A DNA stretch of 64,000 nt, taken from positions 640,001-704,000 of the forward strand of contig CAXWPL010000004.1 of assembly GCA_963666215.2 (NCBI GenBank), given 5' to 3'. Positions 1 through 12,791 of the stretch are shown one piece after another; the first letter of the stretch is position 1, and each line of letters begins with the position of its first letter. This DNA is from Acidobacteriota bacterium (GTDB taxonomy: Bacteria > Acidobacteriota > UBA890 > WLXD01). The position numbers were made by a program, and so were the translations under genes. Under the pieces are notes generated by a model that was given only the letters and a program-made list of their open reading frames with translations, had not been told where the DNA came from and made no database searches.

Positions 1-261
1 GTTCTGCGCTTCGATGACGGGCCCCTCATCGCCGTCCGATACACCGAGAGCTTCAAGCGCGGAGCCGACCGTCCACCGCTCCTGGGCATCGCCGAGCCCG
101 AAGACATTGTCCGCTCGATGCTCGCGCACACTCGCCTCGAGATCCTGGATCGTCAGCCTGGAGGTGGTCGGACCTTCTTCACTCTCGAAGGTCTGCGGCT
201 GATACTCACCGAGCTCGGCGACCCCTGCGGCTGGCTCGACAGAGTGGCCGAAACGCCGTAG
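1..261 (+). CDS. 3' end of a hypothetical protein (runs off the left edge of the window)
   Basis: Frame +1 is open from base 1 (VLRFDDGPLIAVRYTES...VAETP) to TAG at 259-261, with GC-rich third positions. Confidence 0.6.
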   Translation, partial: VLRFDDGPLIAVRYTESFKRGADRPPLLGIAEPEDIVRSMLAHTRLEILDRQPGGGRTFFTLEGLRLILTELGDPCGWLDRVAETP

Positions 262-301
262 CCAGCGTCCGCCTGGACCTTGGCCGGCAGCGAAAGCCAT
301 G

Positions 302-1501
302 CTAGCTGTGGCGCAGTCGTTCGAAGCAGCGATCGTAGCCGAGAGCAACGGCCGACCATGCGAACCTGGCGCCCGTCCACTGCGCCAGTTCCAGCGCCAA
401 CGAGCGCGCCGCGCCGCGCTCGGTCAAGGCCCACAGCAGTGCGGCATCGAGCCCCTCGACATCGTCGTAAAGGCAGCGGGCATGGAAGCGGGCCGGCAGC
501 AACTCCGGATAGCTCAGCCTTCGCGGCAGCACTGGAAATGCCCCAGCGGCGATAGCCTCGACAACGGCAATGCCGAAGAACTCGTGATGCGCGGTCGACG
601 GCACGACCGCGGCGCGGCGCAGCATACGCCGGTAGGCCGGCAGCTCGAGATGCCCAACATGCACCACGCGCTCACCGAGACGTTCCATCGCCTCGTCGAA
701 CTCGGGGGAACGTTGCGCGAACTGCTCGCCGCACAGCGCCAGCCGGAACGGCACATCTTGGTCGTGCAACCGGTAGAGCGACGCGAAGAGCTCGCCTGGG
801 TTCTTGTCGTACTCCCAACGCTGGTTCCACAGGATCAGAGGAGCCAAGGTGCTCGAGTCGGCGACCTCGTCCATGTCGACGCCCGGCCCTGCGGCGCCTG
901 GCTCGAGCTCGCGGACGCGGCTGGCACCGGCGCCAGGATCGACGTCGATGCCGGGCGGCAGGACCAAGCTCTTGGCCTCGATGTCGGCAACCGAGCCCTG
1001 CTCGCGATACTCGGGAAAGTGACCGAGAAACCCCGGCAGCGCCGCCAGCAGGCTGAGGCGATGAAACTCCGAGTTGAACACCACAGCGTCTGCAGCGAGC
1101 ATCGACGCAACATTGATCATCCCGTAGTGCATGTCGCGACCATCGAGCTCACAGGAGCGCGGTCTCGCTACGGGGCTCTCGGGCAACGGATAGGTGATCT
1201 GGTTCTCGTGCATGTAGAGAACAACCGGGACCCCGGCCAGCTCTTCGCGCAGCAGCGCGAGGAAGGTCGTAACGTCGAGCATGTCGGTCGCCACGACCAG
1301 ATCCGGCGTGGCGGCGGCATCAACCGCGATCGTCGCGCGCAGCCGCCTCGCCAACGTGAGCGCGCCACCATGCATGCGCCATTTCCAGAAGCGGGCCGGC
1401 ATGCTCAGCAGCTCGAGCTGGTGCCGAGAGTGGGCTCGCAGTCCCCGTGCCCACGCAGCATGGCTACCACCGTCGTAAGGCGACGCAACCAAGACGTTCA
1501 T
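302..1501 (-). CDS. DUF3524 / GT4-type glycosyltransferase (GTDC1/QTMAN-like)
   Basis: N-terminus PYDGGSH...LLSMPARFWKWRMHGGA, plus YMHENQITYP, WNQRWEYDKNP and HEFFGIAVVEA (GT4 ExFG motif). Confidence 0.85.
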   Translation of the reverse strand: MNVLVASPYDGGSHAAWARGLRAHSRHQLELLSMPARFWKWRMHGGALTLARRLRATIAVDAAATPDLVVATDMLDVTTFLALLREELAGVPVVLYMHENQITYPLPESPVARPRSCELDGRDMHYGMINVASMLAADAVVFNSEFHRLSLLAALPGFLGHFPEYREQGSVADIEAKSLVLPPGIDVDPGAGASRVRELEPGAAGPGVDMDEVADSSTLAPLILWNQRWEYDKNPGELFASLYRLHDQDVPFRLALCGEQFAQRSPEFDEAMERLGERVVHVGHLELPAYRRMLRRAAVVPSTAHHEFFGIAVVEAIAAGAFPVLPRRLSYPELLPARFHARCLYDDVEGLDAALLWALTERGAARSLALELAQWTGARFAWSAVALGYDRCFERLRHS

Positions 1502-1527
1502 GAGGAATCACCGAAACAGGAGCAACG

Positions 1528-2034
1528 ATGAGCGCTGAACACGATCTCTCGCACGGCCTTCCGAAGGCTCATCCCGGCAAGATCGATTTCGATACTCGAT
1601 GGTTGAGCCTCATCAGCCGCGTCCTGGTGGGCCTGACCTTCGGCATGGCGGGCTACTACAAGGTTTTCGAGCTCGGCGCGATGCAACACGCTGAAGGGCT
1701 CTTCGTCGAGCCCTACGCCGACAGCTGGATCCCGGTCTTCTTGCTGTGGAGCCTCGGCCTGGCGATCCCCTACCTCGAACTGATCGGCGGCTGGCTCCTG
1801 GTTGTCGGCTGGCAGCGCCGATGGGTCGCCGTGGGGTTCGGACTCCTGCTCATGATCGTTACGTACGGCCATCTTCTTGTGGAGCCCTTCTACCATCTGG
1901 GCGACCACGTGCTGCCCCGTCTCATGCTGCTGATTCCGACACTGATGCTGGGCACGAAGCACGACCCCTGGTCGGTGGACGGCTGGCTGGCGAGGCAGAG
2001 TCTTGCGGGCGGGCGAGCAGGCGGGCTCGACTGA
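1528..2034 (+). CDS. DoxX-family membrane protein
   Basis: About four hydrophobic segments; R..VG..F...G..K, ELIGG.LL..G and C-terminal WSVD pattern. Confidence 0.75.
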   Translation: MSAEHDLSHGLPKAHPGKIDFDTRWLSLISRVLVGLTFGMAGYYKVFELGAMQHAEGLFVEPYADSWIPVFLLWSLGLAIPYLELIGGWLLVVGWQRRWVAVGFGLLLMIVTYGHLLVEPFYHLGDHVLPRLMLLIPTLMLGTKHDPWSVDGWLARQSLAGGRAGGLD

Positions 2035-2037
2035 TTC

Positions 2038-3303
2038 TCAGCTGGCGATGTCGCGGACCACGCTGAGGCCGCGGGCACGCGCGATGCGGTCCCCGCCAAC
2101 CCGCCTCGTGACGCTGCAATCGTCCTCGACCTCATAGACGGTACGTGGGCCCGGCTTGATCTGCACCCCGTCCATGACGAACACGCGATCGGAATCGTCG
2201 ATAGCCAATCCAGTGGCAAAGGCGAACGGCTGCGCCTTCACATCGCAGGGCTGGATCAGCTTGACGCCAGACAGAACGTCCAGCTCGCCAACACTGCCGA
2301 ACCAGCGCCGATTGTCGCTGGCGATGTCGAACGCGGTGGCGACCAGGCCCGGCTTGCGGAAGATGATCTTGCCGATCTGTTGCGTAGCGCCTGAGAGCCG
2401 AAAAACCATGTCGTAGCGCTCTTCGAGGAGCAAGGTGATCTTCGGGCCCGCGTCGCCATCCACGACATAGATTCGACCGATCTTGTCTCGCGCAAGCAGC
2501 TTGGGGTTGCTGAACTTGCGCCGCGATCCGAGTCTCGAGAACGTCGCCGACTCGAGATCATAGCGCCACACCCGGCCGTCGCGCGGCAGTTGCTGCCCTA
2601 TCTCGTGGCCCATATCGGCAATCACGAGGCCCCCGGCGCCGTCGAACAGCACGTCGTTGACGAACCCGAACGGCGCCTCGATCTCTGGATCGGTGCCGGT
2701 CAACACCGTGACTTCGCCGGTGACCGAATCGTACAGAATGACCTGCGACACGGCCGCGATCGCCACCAGGTGCCGGGAGCTGTCGATGTCGACGCCACGG
2801 CCAACGTAGGGCTTTCCAAGCGGAACACGTTTCACCTGCGTATTGGTTTCCTTGACGAAGCGCACCTGCAACGCGGTGGAGTTCTTTTCGCTCGCGGTAA
2901 CAAGATTCCCGGGCTCGAAGCTCAGCGTGCGCGCCGACTGCGCCACGCTCACCAGGCCGGGGTCACCGTGGCCGGAGACGCCGTACAAGCCCGGCACCAC
3001 GGGCGCGCCCGCGAGCAACGAAGCGGGCCGACGAGGCTCCAGAGGCAGGCGGGTTCTGGCCTCGGCCGCCACGCGGGCTTCGGCGGCCTCTCGAGTCACC
3101 TCCAGGCGTCGCGCCGTATCCGACGTGCGTGCGGCCTGCGCCCGCGGTGAGCGGCGGCTCGAGACGTGCGGTCGAGCTGGGCCGACCCAGGGTGAAGCGT
3201 GAGTCCCCGCGGCCAACGTCGCAAGTGCCACGGCGGCCACTCCGAGGAGAGGTCGAGAGAACCAACGATAGGGACGACTCGGAGGCGAGCTTTCAACACA
3301 CAT
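2038..3303 (-). CDS. putative secreted beta-propeller (NHL/SMP-30-like) protein
   Basis: ATG at 3303 preceded by TGcTATAAT; hydrophobic N-terminal segment; repeated GLAID/DVLFD/LARD..GRIYVVD blade-like motifs. Confidence 0.6.
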   Translation of the reverse strand: MCVESSPPSRPYRWFSRPLLGVAAVALATLAAGTHASPWVGPARPHVSSRRSPRAQAARTSDTARRLEVTREAAEARVAAEARTRLPLEPRRPASLLAGAPVVPGLYGVSGHGDPGLVSVAQSARTLSFEPGNLVTASEKNSTALQVRFVKETNTQVKRVPLGKPYVGRGVDIDSSRHLVAIAAVSQVILYDSVTGEVTVLTGTDPEIEAPFGFVNDVLFDGAGGLVIADMGHEIGQQLPRDGRVWRYDLESATFSRLGSRRKFSNPKLLARDKIGRIYVVDGDAGPKITLLLEERYDMVFRLSGATQQIGKIIFRKPGLVATAFDIASDNRRWFGSVGELDVLSGVKLIQPCDVKAQPFAFATGLAIDDSDRVFVMDGVQIKPGPRTVYEVEDDCSVTRRVGGDRIARARGLSVVRDIAS

Positions 3304-3507
3304 GGCGGCCGGATTATAGCAACGTGTCGACGAGGTTCGCGCCCCGTGCTCGGTATCGATCGGGCGGCCGCTGCGAGCCCCGCGCGCGTCCCCGAGACAT
3401 TTGACGCTCCGTGGACCCGGGCCTACGATGTGCCCTCCTCTCGTCGCGAATCGCTTGGCTCCCGAGCTCACGCCGCCAGGTGGGTCTCCGTCGGAGCGGC
3501 GACAGGG

Positions 3508-3582
3508 GCGCCCGTAGCTCAGCACGGATAGAGCGTCGCACTCCGGATGCGAAGGCCGCAGGTTCGAATCCTGCCGGGCGCA
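3508..3582 (+). tRNA. tRNA-Arg(CCG)
   Basis: Acceptor GCGCCCG/CGGGCGC; anticodon arm TCGCA-ctCCGga-TGCGA; T arm GCAGG-TTCGAAT-CCTGC; CCA not encoded. Confidence 0.95.
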
Positions 3583-3650
3583 CCTCCTAGAACCTCGTTT
3601 GCTAAGCTAGCGAGCTTCGTGGACGGCGGGCCCACGCTCGTCGTCCCAGT

Positions 3651-3723
3651 GGGCCGCTAGCTCAATTGGCAGAGCAACGGACTCTTAATCCGTAGGTTCT
3701 AGGTTCGATCCCTAGGCGGCTCA
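3651..3723 (+). tRNA. tRNA-Lys(CTT)
   Basis: Acceptor GGGCCGC/GCGGCTC; anticodon arm ACGGA-ctCTTaa-TCCGT; T arm CTAGG-TTCGATC-CCTAG. Confidence 0.95.
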
Positions 3724-3739
3724 CTTTCCTGGCCGTGGC

Positions 3740-3822
3740 GCGAAAGTGGCGGAATTGGCAGACGCGCTGGCCTTAGGAGCCAGTGGGCTTAGCCCGTGGG
3801 GGTTCGAGTCCCCCCTTTCGCA
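3740..3822 (+). tRNA. tRNA-Leu(TAG)
   Basis: Acceptor GCGAAAG/CTTTCGC; anticodon arm CTGGC-ctTAGga-GCCAG; long variable arm; T arm GGGGG-TTCGAGT-CCCCC. Confidence 0.95.
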
Positions 3823-3893
3823 CTGCAGTCGCACGTTCTGGAACATACCTGTGTGCTCCAGCTCGTGGCGGCTCTCGAAGCGCCGGACCTTCT

Positions 3894-5315
3894 ATGTCAT
3901 CCGATTCCGATAGCAATCCCGGCACCCCGGTCGATCACGACCACGACCACGATGACGATGACGATCACGATGACGCCAGTGGGCCCGAGTACGACTCGAC
4001 CCACGAGCGGGAAGGCGTAAACCACAAGATCGAGATCGTCGTTCCGGCTGAGTGGATGTCGGACGAGTACGACGGCGTCGCCCATGCCTACCGTGGCCGC
4101 ATTCGCTTGCCAGGCTTTCGCAAGGGCAAGGCACCGCTCACCATGGTGCGCCAGCAGTTCGGCGACCAAATCCGCAAACACCTGCTCGACCACGTAATCC
4201 CGGAGTTTCTGTCTCGCGACCTGCGGACACGCGAGCTGCAACCGATTGAATCTCCGAGCCTCGACCAGGTTGAATTCCAGCCGCGTAGCGAGCTGCGGTT
4301 CTCGGTGCGCTTCGATACAGCGCCCGAAGTTCAGGCAACAAACACCGATAGGCTCACCGCAACCGTCGAAATAGCCGCGGTCACCGACGAAGCCGTCGAC
4401 GCTGCGCTCGAGCAGATCCGCGAACGCGCGGCGCGCCTCGTTCCCGCCGACGACGGCTCGACCATCACCGAGGGTTCGTTCGTTCGCTGCGAGATCGCGC
4501 TGTTTCCACGCGAGGGCAAAGGCAAGCGACTCGCGGAGGAGGATCGCTTCGTTCGAGTGGGCGAGGAGACGGCGATTCCCAGCCTCAACGCTCAGCTCGA
4601 CGGGCTGAGAGTGGACGACGAACGGACGTTCATCGCGGAGCTCGGCCAGGAGTATCCGAACGCCATCTTGGCTGGCAAGGAAGTCAGCTGCCGCGTTCGA
4701 GTGCGCGAGATCAAACATCGCCAGGTGCCGACGCTGAACGACGAGTTCGCCAAGGATCTCGGGGTCGAAGACCTGGCCACGGTGAGAGCCCGAATCACCG
4801 AGGACCTCGAGAGAGAGCAGCACGACCGCGCCGAGCGCGGCGTCGAAGAACAGTTGCTGGAGCAGATGCGGGATCGCCACCCGATCGACGTGCCCGGCTC
4901 GCTCATCGAACGACGTCTCGATCAGATGACGCAGCGCCTTGCCACCGAGATCGCCCAGCAGAGTATCGACCCCGCCGAAGCTCTCGACTGGCGCGGCTTC
5001 CGCGCCGAAAACCGCGTCGCAGCAGAGCGCTCGATTGCCGAGGAACTGCTTCTCGATCGACTCTGCGAAGACGAGGGGCTCGTGGTGTCGGATGATGACC
5101 TCGACAGTAAGGTGGAGACCCAGCTCCGGGCCAGCGAGGGTGGAAAAACGCGGCCTCTGAGTGCCGTCCTTCAACAGATGCGGAAGGATGGGTCCTACGA
5201 GACCATGCGGCGCACGCTGATGCGCCGTTTGGCTTTGGATCGTCTCAAACACCATGCTACGATCGAGCGCATTGGCGGCGATCGTATCGCCCGCGCCGGA
5301 GGGTCTTCGGACTGA
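3894..5315 (+). CDS. tig: trigger factor (with His/Asp-rich N-terminal extension)
   Basis: Ribosome-binding signature PGFRKGKAP, LNDEFAKDLG, and position between tRNA-Leu and clpP. Confidence 0.92.
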   Translation: MSSDSDSNPGTPVDHDHDHDDDDDHDDASGPEYDSTHEREGVNHKIEIVVPAEWMSDEYDGVAHAYRGRIRLPGFRKGKAPLTMVRQQFGDQIRKHLLDHVIPEFLSRDLRTRELQPIESPSLDQVEFQPRSELRFSVRFDTAPEVQATNTDRLTATVEIAAVTDEAVDAALEQIRERAARLVPADDGSTITEGSFVRCEIALFPREGKGKRLAEEDRFVRVGEETAIPSLNAQLDGLRVDDERTFIAELGQEYPNAILAGKEVSCRVRVREIKHRQVPTLNDEFAKDLGVEDLATVRARITEDLEREQHDRAERGVEEQLLEQMRDRHPIDVPGSLIERRLDQMTQRLATEIAQQSIDPAEALDWRGFRAENRVAAERSIAEELLLDRLCEDEGLVVSDDDLDSKVETQLRASEGGKTRPLSAVLQQMRKDGSYETMRRTLMRRLALDRLKHHATIERIGGDRIARAGGSSD

Positions 5316-5427
5316 ACGCCGGGCTCGCGACGCCGCTCTTTTTGCTGGTTGACCCTCCGCAGCGAGCTGTTCCATCAGCTCGTTACCGGGTTCTAAAACG
5401 CCGCGAAGGCATCATCGGGAGACGAAC

Positions 5428-6027
5428 ATGGCCCTCGTTCCCATGGTGGTCGAGCAGACTGCTCGAGGTGAGCGCGCCTACGACATCTACTCGAGGCTGC
5501 TCAAAGACCACATCATCTTCGTCGGCTCGCCAATCGACGACACGATGTCCAGCCTGGTCATCGCCCAGCTGCTCTTCCTGGAGTCCGAGGATCCGGAGCG
5601 CGACGTCTCGATCTACATCAATAGCCCGGGCGGCTCGGTAAGCGACGGTCTCGCGATCCTCGACACCATGACGTTCATCCGTCCCGACGTGTCGACGATT
5701 TGCATCGGACAGGCGATGAGCATGAGTGCGGTGCTGCTCGCCGGTGGTACCCCCGGCAAGCGCTTCTCGCTGCCGAACTCGCGCATCATGATCCACCAGC
5801 CCTCGGGCGGAATGCAGGGCACCGCGGCCGACATCGAGATCCACGCTAAAGAGATTCTGCGAATTCGCGAGCGCCTCAACGAGATGCTCGCCGGCTTCAC
5901 TGGCAAGTCGTACGACGAAGTGGCGTCCGACTCGGACCGCGACTTCGTGCTCACAGCCGACGACGCGGTGGAGTACGGCCTCATCGATCGTGTTATCCAG
6001 CGGCGTCAGAACGACATCACGGGGTGA
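5428..6027 (+). CDS. clpP: ATP-dependent Clp protease proteolytic subunit
   Basis: [27 protein letters not shown] (Ser) and RIMIHQP (His). Confidence 0.98.
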   Translation: MALVPMVVEQTARGERAYDIYSRLLKDHIIFVGSPIDDTMSSLVIAQLLFLESEDPERDVSIYINSPGGSVSDGLAILDTMTFIRPDVSTICIGQAMSMSAVLLAGGTPGKRFSLPNSRIMIHQPSGGMQGTAADIEIHAKEILRIRERLNEMLAGFTGKSYDEVASDSDRDFVLTADDAVEYGLIDRVIQRRQNDITG

Positions 6028-6135
6028 TGAGGACGACGGACGTGTCGAACGAGCTGACCATGCGCGTTATCCTGAAGGGGAGTTCTCTGACGACCCCGCC
6101 GGGAACTTCGTCCACGACAAGATTCAAGGACTGAG

Positions 6136-7377
<1,242 letters not shown>

Positions 7378-7626
7378 TCGCGGGCCAAGTCTCCAGAGGG
7401 CTCCGCCGCGCCGGCTGGCATATCCCATCCGCGGCAACGCAACAGTGTGAATGATTGCGCAACGCGCGCTGCGGGCGGGCGACCGAAGGATTTGCGGGCG
7501 CGCTAAGCCTGCGTGTACCCTTCTCTGTAGCAGCCCCCCAGCCCCTCCTTTCGATTTTCTGTCTCGTCGCGCGAGCGTCAGAGCCCCTCCAAGCTCCGGC
7601 GCGGATCGACGGTCGACTCGGTGACC

Positions 7627-10386
7627 ATGTCGAAATCCACTGGCGAGTACCGAACGCTCCCGCTGCTACCGCTGCGGGACGTGGTGATCTTCCCCGGCAT
7701 GATGATGCCGTTCGTCGTGGGACGGGAGCGCTCCGTCAAGGCGCTCGAGCGCGCGATGGAGAACGGCAAGAAGCTTTTCTTGTCGGCTCAGCGCGACGCC
7801 GAGGTCGAGGATCCAAATATCGAGCAGATCTTCACGCTCGGCACCATTTCGACGATCGTGCAGAGCCTGAAGCGTCCCGACGGCACGGTGAAGGTGCTCG
7901 TCGAGGGCTCGCGCCGAGCGCGCATTGTAGAGACCACCGATGAGAGCGGCTTCCTGGAGGTTGTGGTCCGCCCGGTGGAGCAATCGGAGGAGGGCGAGGC
8001 AGGCGATCTGTCAAACACCACCCGCAAGCTCGTCCGCCTGTTCGAGAAGTACGTCAAGCTGGCGTCGAACCTGCCCAACGAAGCCGTACTGGCCGCCGTC
8101 AAGAAAGACGACCCCGGTCGCCTCGGAGACACGATCGCCGCTCACCTGCCTCTGGGCGTACCCGCCAAGCAGGAGCTACTCGAGATCGTCGACGTAGCCG
8201 AGCGGCTCGAGAAGCTGATCATTTTGATCTCCGACGAGATGGACAAGGCGCGCGTCGATCGGAAGATTCAGGGCCAGGTCAAGAAGCAGATGGAGCAGGC
8301 CCAGCGCGAGTACTACCTCAACGAGAAGATCAAGGCGATCCAGAAGGAGCTTGGCCGAGGAGAGGGGCGTGAGTCGGAGATCGAACAACTCCGAACACGC
8401 ATCGCGGCGGCACGCATGCCGAAGCTCGTGCTCGAGAAGGCAGAGCAGGATCTCGACCGCCTCGAAGCCATGCCGCCGATGTCAGCCGAAGCCACGGTCT
8501 CGCGCAGCTACGTGGACTGGTTGGCCTCCGTGCCGTGGTTCCGGCGCAACCGTGAGAACCGCGACCTCGCGAGCGCTGCCGACATCCTGCGCGAAGACCA
8601 TCACGGGCTCGACGACATCAAGGAGCGGATCCTCGAGTTTCTGGCCGTGCGACAACTCGTCGACAGCCCGCGTGGATCGATCCTCTGTTTCGCGGGTGCG
8701 CCAGGCACCGGCAAGTCGTCGCTGGGTCGATCGATCGCCCGCGCGACGGAACGCGAGTTCGTGCGCTTGTCGCTTGGCGGCGTTCGTGACGAAGCCGAGA
8801 TTCGCGGCCATCGCCGCACCTACATCGGGGCATTCCCGGGCCAGATCATGCAGCGCATGAAGCACGCCGGTGTGGTTAACCCGGTGTTCCTGCTCGACGA
8901 AATCGACAAGATGAGCGCCGACTTCCGGGGCGACCCGTCGGCGGCGTTGATGGAGGTGCTCGATCCGGAACAGAACCATTCCTTCGTCGACCACTACCTC
9001 GACGCCGAGTACGACCTGTCGAACGTGATGTTCATCTGTACCGCGAACGTCCTGCACACCATTCCGGCGCCGCTGCAGGACCGCATGGAGATCATCCAGC
9101 TGTCCGGCTACACCCACGCCGAGAAGATGGAGATCGCGCGGCGACACCTGCTGCCCCGCCAGATCTCTTTTCACGGTTTGCGCCCCGAGAACCTCGAGGT
9201 GCAACCCGACGCTATCGATCGGCTGATCGAGGAGTACACGCGCGAGGCTGGTGTTCGCAGGCTCGAGCTCGAGCTCGCCAAGGTTTGCCGCAAGGCGGCG
9301 CATGGGCTGGTTCAGGAACACTACAAGGTCATCGCCGAGGCCGCCGAGGCCGAAGAGCGTCGGCGGTCGGAAGAGCTGATCGAAGCGGCCAGGTCTGCTC
9401 GGCAGCATGCCGAGAACGTGGCCGGCGACGGCGGCGAAGCCGACAGTGGCGCCGAGCCCGCGGCAGCCGGAGCCGACGATGGAGCCCGGGCAGACGCCGA
9501 GCTCAAAGTCGATGGTGCCAACGGCGCGTCAAGCCCGGCGACGGCGACCAGCGACGAAGCCGACGGTGCGGATACACCGAACGACGCCGAATTCGAGGAC
9601 ATCTTTGTTGAGGCGCGCGACCCCAACCATCACGCACTGCCACAGCGATCGGCGGCGGCCGAGGCACTTCCCGCTGACGCCAAGATCGTCGTCGATGCAG
9701 ATCTCCTCGAGCAGTACCTCGGCGTGCCGCGATACAAGCGACGGAAGAAAGAAAAGAAGGCCGAGGTGGGCGTTGCGCAGGGCCTTGCGTGGACCGAGCG
9801 CGGCGGCGAGACGCTGAACATCGAGACCACGCTGATGCCCGGCAAGGGCAAGCTCGCCCTCACCGGCAAGCTTGGCGAAGTGATGCAGGAGTCTGGCCAA
9901 GCGGCCCTATCGTACGTACGCTCGAACGCCGCCAAGCTCGGCATCCCGAAGGACTTCTACACCAGCGTCGATGTGCACGTGCACGTGCCGGAGGGAGCAA
10001 TCCCCAAGGACGGACCGTCGGCCGGAATCACCCTGGCAGCGACGATTGTCTCGGCGCTCACCGGAATCGCGATTCACGACGACCTCGCGATGACCGGCGA
10101 GATCACCCTGCGTGGCAACGTGTTGCCCATCGGCGGCGTCAAGGAGAAGGTACTGGCAGCGCACCGCATCGGACTCAAGACGGTGCTGCTGCCGAGCGAG
10201 AACGAGAAGGACCTGAGAGACATTCCCGAGGAGATCGCGTCGCAGCTCAAGATCCACCTCGTAGCAACCATGGACGAGGTGCTCCAGCACGCGCTCGTTG
10301 CTCCACTGAAACCTCTCTCCGGGCCGCAAGGGCCTATTCCGCCGGCTGGCTCCGGAGAAGCGATCGAGCGATCGATCACGCACTAG
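7627..10386 (+). CDS. lon: Lon protease (LonA) with ~120-aa acidic insertion
   Basis: LPLLPLRD N-domain, [23 protein letters not shown] (Ser) and IGGVKEK (Lys). Confidence 0.97.
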   Translation: MSKSTGEYRTLPLLPLRDVVIFPGMMMPFVVGRERSVKALERAMENGKKLFLSAQRDAEVEDPNIEQIFTLGTISTIVQSLKRPDGTVKVLVEGSRRARIVETTDESGFLEVVVRPVEQSEEGEAGDLSNTTRKLVRLFEKYVKLASNLPNEAVLAAVKKDDPGRLGDTIAAHLPLGVPAKQELLEIVDVAERLEKLIILISDEMDKARVDRKIQGQVKKQMEQAQREYYLNEKIKAIQKELGRGEGRESEIEQLRTRIAAARMPKLVLEKAEQDLDRLEAMPPMSAEATVSRSYVDWLASVPWFRRNRENRDLASAADILREDHHGLDDIKERILEFLAVRQLVDSPRGSILCFAGAPGTGKSSLGRSIARATEREFVRLSLGGVRDEAEIRGHRRTYIGAFPGQIMQRMKHAGVVNPVFLLDEIDKMSADFRGDPSAALMEVLDPEQNHSFVDHYLDAEYDLSNVMFICTANVLHTIPAPLQDRMEIIQLSGYTHAEKMEIARRHLLPRQISFHGLRPENLEVQPDAIDRLIEEYTREAGVRRLELELAKVCRKAAHGLVQEHYKVIAEAAEAEERRRSEELIEAARSARQHAENVAGDGGEADSGAEPAAAGADDGARADAELKVDGANGASSPATATSDEADGADTPNDAEFEDIFVEARDPNHHALPQRSAAAEALPADAKIVVDADLLEQYLGVPRYKRRKKEKKAEVGVAQGLAWTERGGETLNIETTLMPGKGKLALTGKLGEVMQESGQAALSYVRSNAAKLGIPKDFYTSVDVHVHVPEGAIPKDGPSAGITLAATIVSALTGIAIHDDLAMTGEITLRGNVLPIGGVKEKVLAAHRIGLKTVLLPSENEKDLRDIPEEIASQLKIHLVATMDEVLQHALVAPLKPLSGPQGPIPPAGSGEAIERSITH

Positions 10387-10552
10387 TCGGACCTTTCACC
10401 GTCCGCTAGCAGAACGGCTGAATAGCTGAACAAGGCAGACCTCGGGCGAGCACGTTCGAGGACGACGCAGCCGCCACACGCTCCCGTTCCTCCACGCTCG
10501 TGGACAACGCGGAACGTAACGGCGACCCGAGAATAGCCGCCCCTCCGCCGCC

Positions 10553-11242
10553 ATGAAGATTCACGACGCCCAGCACGGCTACATCACCGCCCGACCTGGC
10601 GACTATCCCCCGCTGGAGCTGCCGGAGTGCGCTTTCCTGGGTCGGTCGAACGTTGGCAAGTCGAGCCTGATCAACTCGCTGGTAGGCCGTCGCAAGCTGG
10701 CCCGAACAAGTAAGGCGCCGGGGAGAACACGAGCCGTGCACTGGTACAACATCGCTCGATCTTCTCATTCCTGTTGTTTTGTAGACCTTCCAGGCTATGG
10801 CTACGCCAAGGTCTCGCGTCGAATCCGCGAAGAGGAATGGGCCAAGCTCATCGAAGGCTATCTGCAGTCCGGGCGCCCGCGACTTGCCGTTCAGTTGCTG
10901 GACATCCGCCTCGACAAGCCCACCGTTCTCGACCTTCAGATGATTGAGTGGCTGCGCGCTAACAACCTGCCAACCGTCTTCGTTCTCACCAAGGCCGACA
11001 AGCTCGCGCGTGGTCGACGCGCGGCGGCGAAACAACGATTCTCCAGGCTCCTCGAAATCGGCCGCGAGGATGCGGCCACTCGAAGCGTTGTGGTGGCGTA
11101 TTCGGCCATCACCGGAGACGGCAAGGCAGATCTGTGGTCGGAGATCGACCGTACCGCCTGCCAGCCGACCAACGACGCAGCGCGTATTGCAACCTCGAAG
11201 CAATCGGATACACAGACGCGCGAAGTGGCCGATGCCAACTAA
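10553..11242 (+). CDS. engB: ribosome biogenesis GTPase YihA/EngB
   Basis: [23 protein letters not shown] and TKADK; follows lon. Confidence 0.95.
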   Translation: MKIHDAQHGYITARPGDYPPLELPECAFLGRSNVGKSSLINSLVGRRKLARTSKAPGRTRAVHWYNIARSSHSCCFVDLPGYGYAKVSRRIREEEWAKLIEGYLQSGRPRLAVQLLDIRLDKPTVLDLQMIEWLRANNLPTVFVLTKADKLARGRRAAAKQRFSRLLEIGREDAATRSVVVAYSAITGDGKADLWSEIDRTACQPTNDAARIATSKQSDTQTREVADAN

Positions 11243-12728
11243 AACAGGCGCGAAAACAGGCGATCTCGAGATTGTCGAGATTGAGCACATTCCGGACGCC
11301 ACGGAGGCGACTGCGGCCACCGAAGCGACCCGCAGTGAGCCGGAAGCGACACCTGCCGCACCGGCCTTCTCTTGGACCGAAGAAGCGCCCGCGGCGCCCG
11401 CTGCACCCACGCTAACGTTGGCCGATCTGCGGCCGCTGACGCTGACCGAGCTTGTTTCCTTGGCGAATGAGCGTCGGATTCGTAACGCGGGCACCATGCA
11501 CCGTCGCGGCCTGACCTTCGAAATTCTGAAAGCGGAGGGCAGCAGGATCCCGACGCACGGGGTGTTGACGGTCTTGCCAGACGGCTTCGGCTTTCTGCGT
11601 GGTCCGGAAACCAGCTATCTGGCGGGCCCCGACGACATCTACGTGTCGCCGTCACTCATCCGTCGACTCGATTTGCGTACCGGTGACACGCTGGTCGGGT
11701 CGCTGCGCGGGCCGCGCGACGGCGAACGGTATTTCGCTTTGGCCGAGCTCGAATCGGTGAACCACCGCGCGCCTGAGAAGGTCGAACGCCGCTCCTTCTA
11801 CAAGGACCTGACGCCCTTGCACCCGCACGAGCGCTTTGTCCTGGAGGCCCCGCAGCTGCGCGAAAGGGGACCGGAGCCTGAACCGGGCGAGCTGGTGAAT
11901 ATGGCGATCAACGCCGGCATCTCCACGCGACTCCTCGATATGCTCTGCCCGCTCGGCAAGGGTCAACGAGCACTCATCGTGTCGCCACCGCGCGCCGGCA
12001 AGACCGTGCTGATGAGGGAGATCGCGGAATCGATTGTCGCCAACCATCCCGAGACCATCCTCATCATGCTGCTCATCGACGAGCGCCCGGAGGAGGTCAC
12101 CGAGATGATCGAGGCGCTCGAAGCGCTCGGGGGAAAGAGCGAAGTCGTCTCCTCCACTTTCGACGAGCCGGCCAAGCGTCACGTGCAGGTTGCCGAGATG
12201 ATCACCGCCAAGGCCCTGCGACTGGCCGAAGAGGGCCAGGACGTGGTGATCATGCTCGACTCGATCACCCGGCTGGCGCGCGCGTACAACACCGTGAGTC
12301 CTTCGACCGGCCGTGTGATGTCGGGTGGGATCGAGTCGTCCGCCCTGCAGAAGCCCAAGCGATTCTTCGGCGCCGCGCGCAACCTCGAAGAGGGTGGCAG
12401 CCTGACGATCATCGCCACCGCGCTCATCGAAACCGGTAGCCGAGCCGACGAGGTGATCTTCGAGGAATTCAAGGGCACCGGGAACGCGGAGATCGTCCTC
12501 AACCGCAAGCTCGCTGACCGCCGCGTGTGGCCAGCCATCGATATCAACAAGTCGGGCACTCGCAAAGAGGAGCTGTTGATCGATCGCGACACGCTCAACC
12601 GCGTCTGGATTCTGCGCAAGGTCCTCCAGCCACTGGGCCCCGAGGAAGCCATCGAGCTGATCATCGACCGGGTGGGGAAGACTGCCCTCAACCGCGATTT
12701 CCTGGAGTCGATGAGCACTGCCGAATAG
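11232..12728 (+). CDS. rho: transcription termination factor Rho
   Basis: [32 protein letters not shown] and FEEFKGTGN; ATG at 11232 overlaps the end of engB. Confidence 0.97.
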   Translation: MPTKTGAKTGDLEIVEIEHIPDATEATAATEATRSEPEATPAAPAFSWTEEAPAAPAAPTLTLADLRPLTLTELVSLANERRIRNAGTMHRRGLTFEILKAEGSRIPTHGVLTVLPDGFGFLRGPETSYLAGPDDIYVSPSLIRRLDLRTGDTLVGSLRGPRDGERYFALAELESVNHRAPEKVERRSFYKDLTPLHPHERFVLEAPQLRERGPEPEPGELVNMAINAGISTRLLDMLCPLGKGQRALIVSPPRAGKTVLMREIAESIVANHPETILIMLLIDERPEEVTEMIEALEALGGKSEVVSSTFDEPAKRHVQVAEMITAKALRLAEEGQDVVIMLDSITRLARAYNTVSPSTGRVMSGGIESSALQKPKRFFGAARNLEEGGSLTIIATALIETGSRADEVIFEEFKGTGNAEIVLNRKLADRRVWPAIDINKSGTRKEELLIDRDTLNRVWILRKVLQPLGPEEAIELIIDRVGKTALNRDFLESMSTAE

Positions 12729-12791
12729 GTTGCGATAACCTCAGCCGGCAGCCCTCAAGCTTAGAGAGACAATACGTTCGAAGAGGTCGAA

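Noticed and set aside
3508-3822. tRNA cluster as an integration site
   Set aside because: I saw no duplicated tRNA 3' end and no integrase nearby; tig follows directly.
9322-9681. Intein in Lon
   Set aside because: No splicing motifs; the segment is low complexity.
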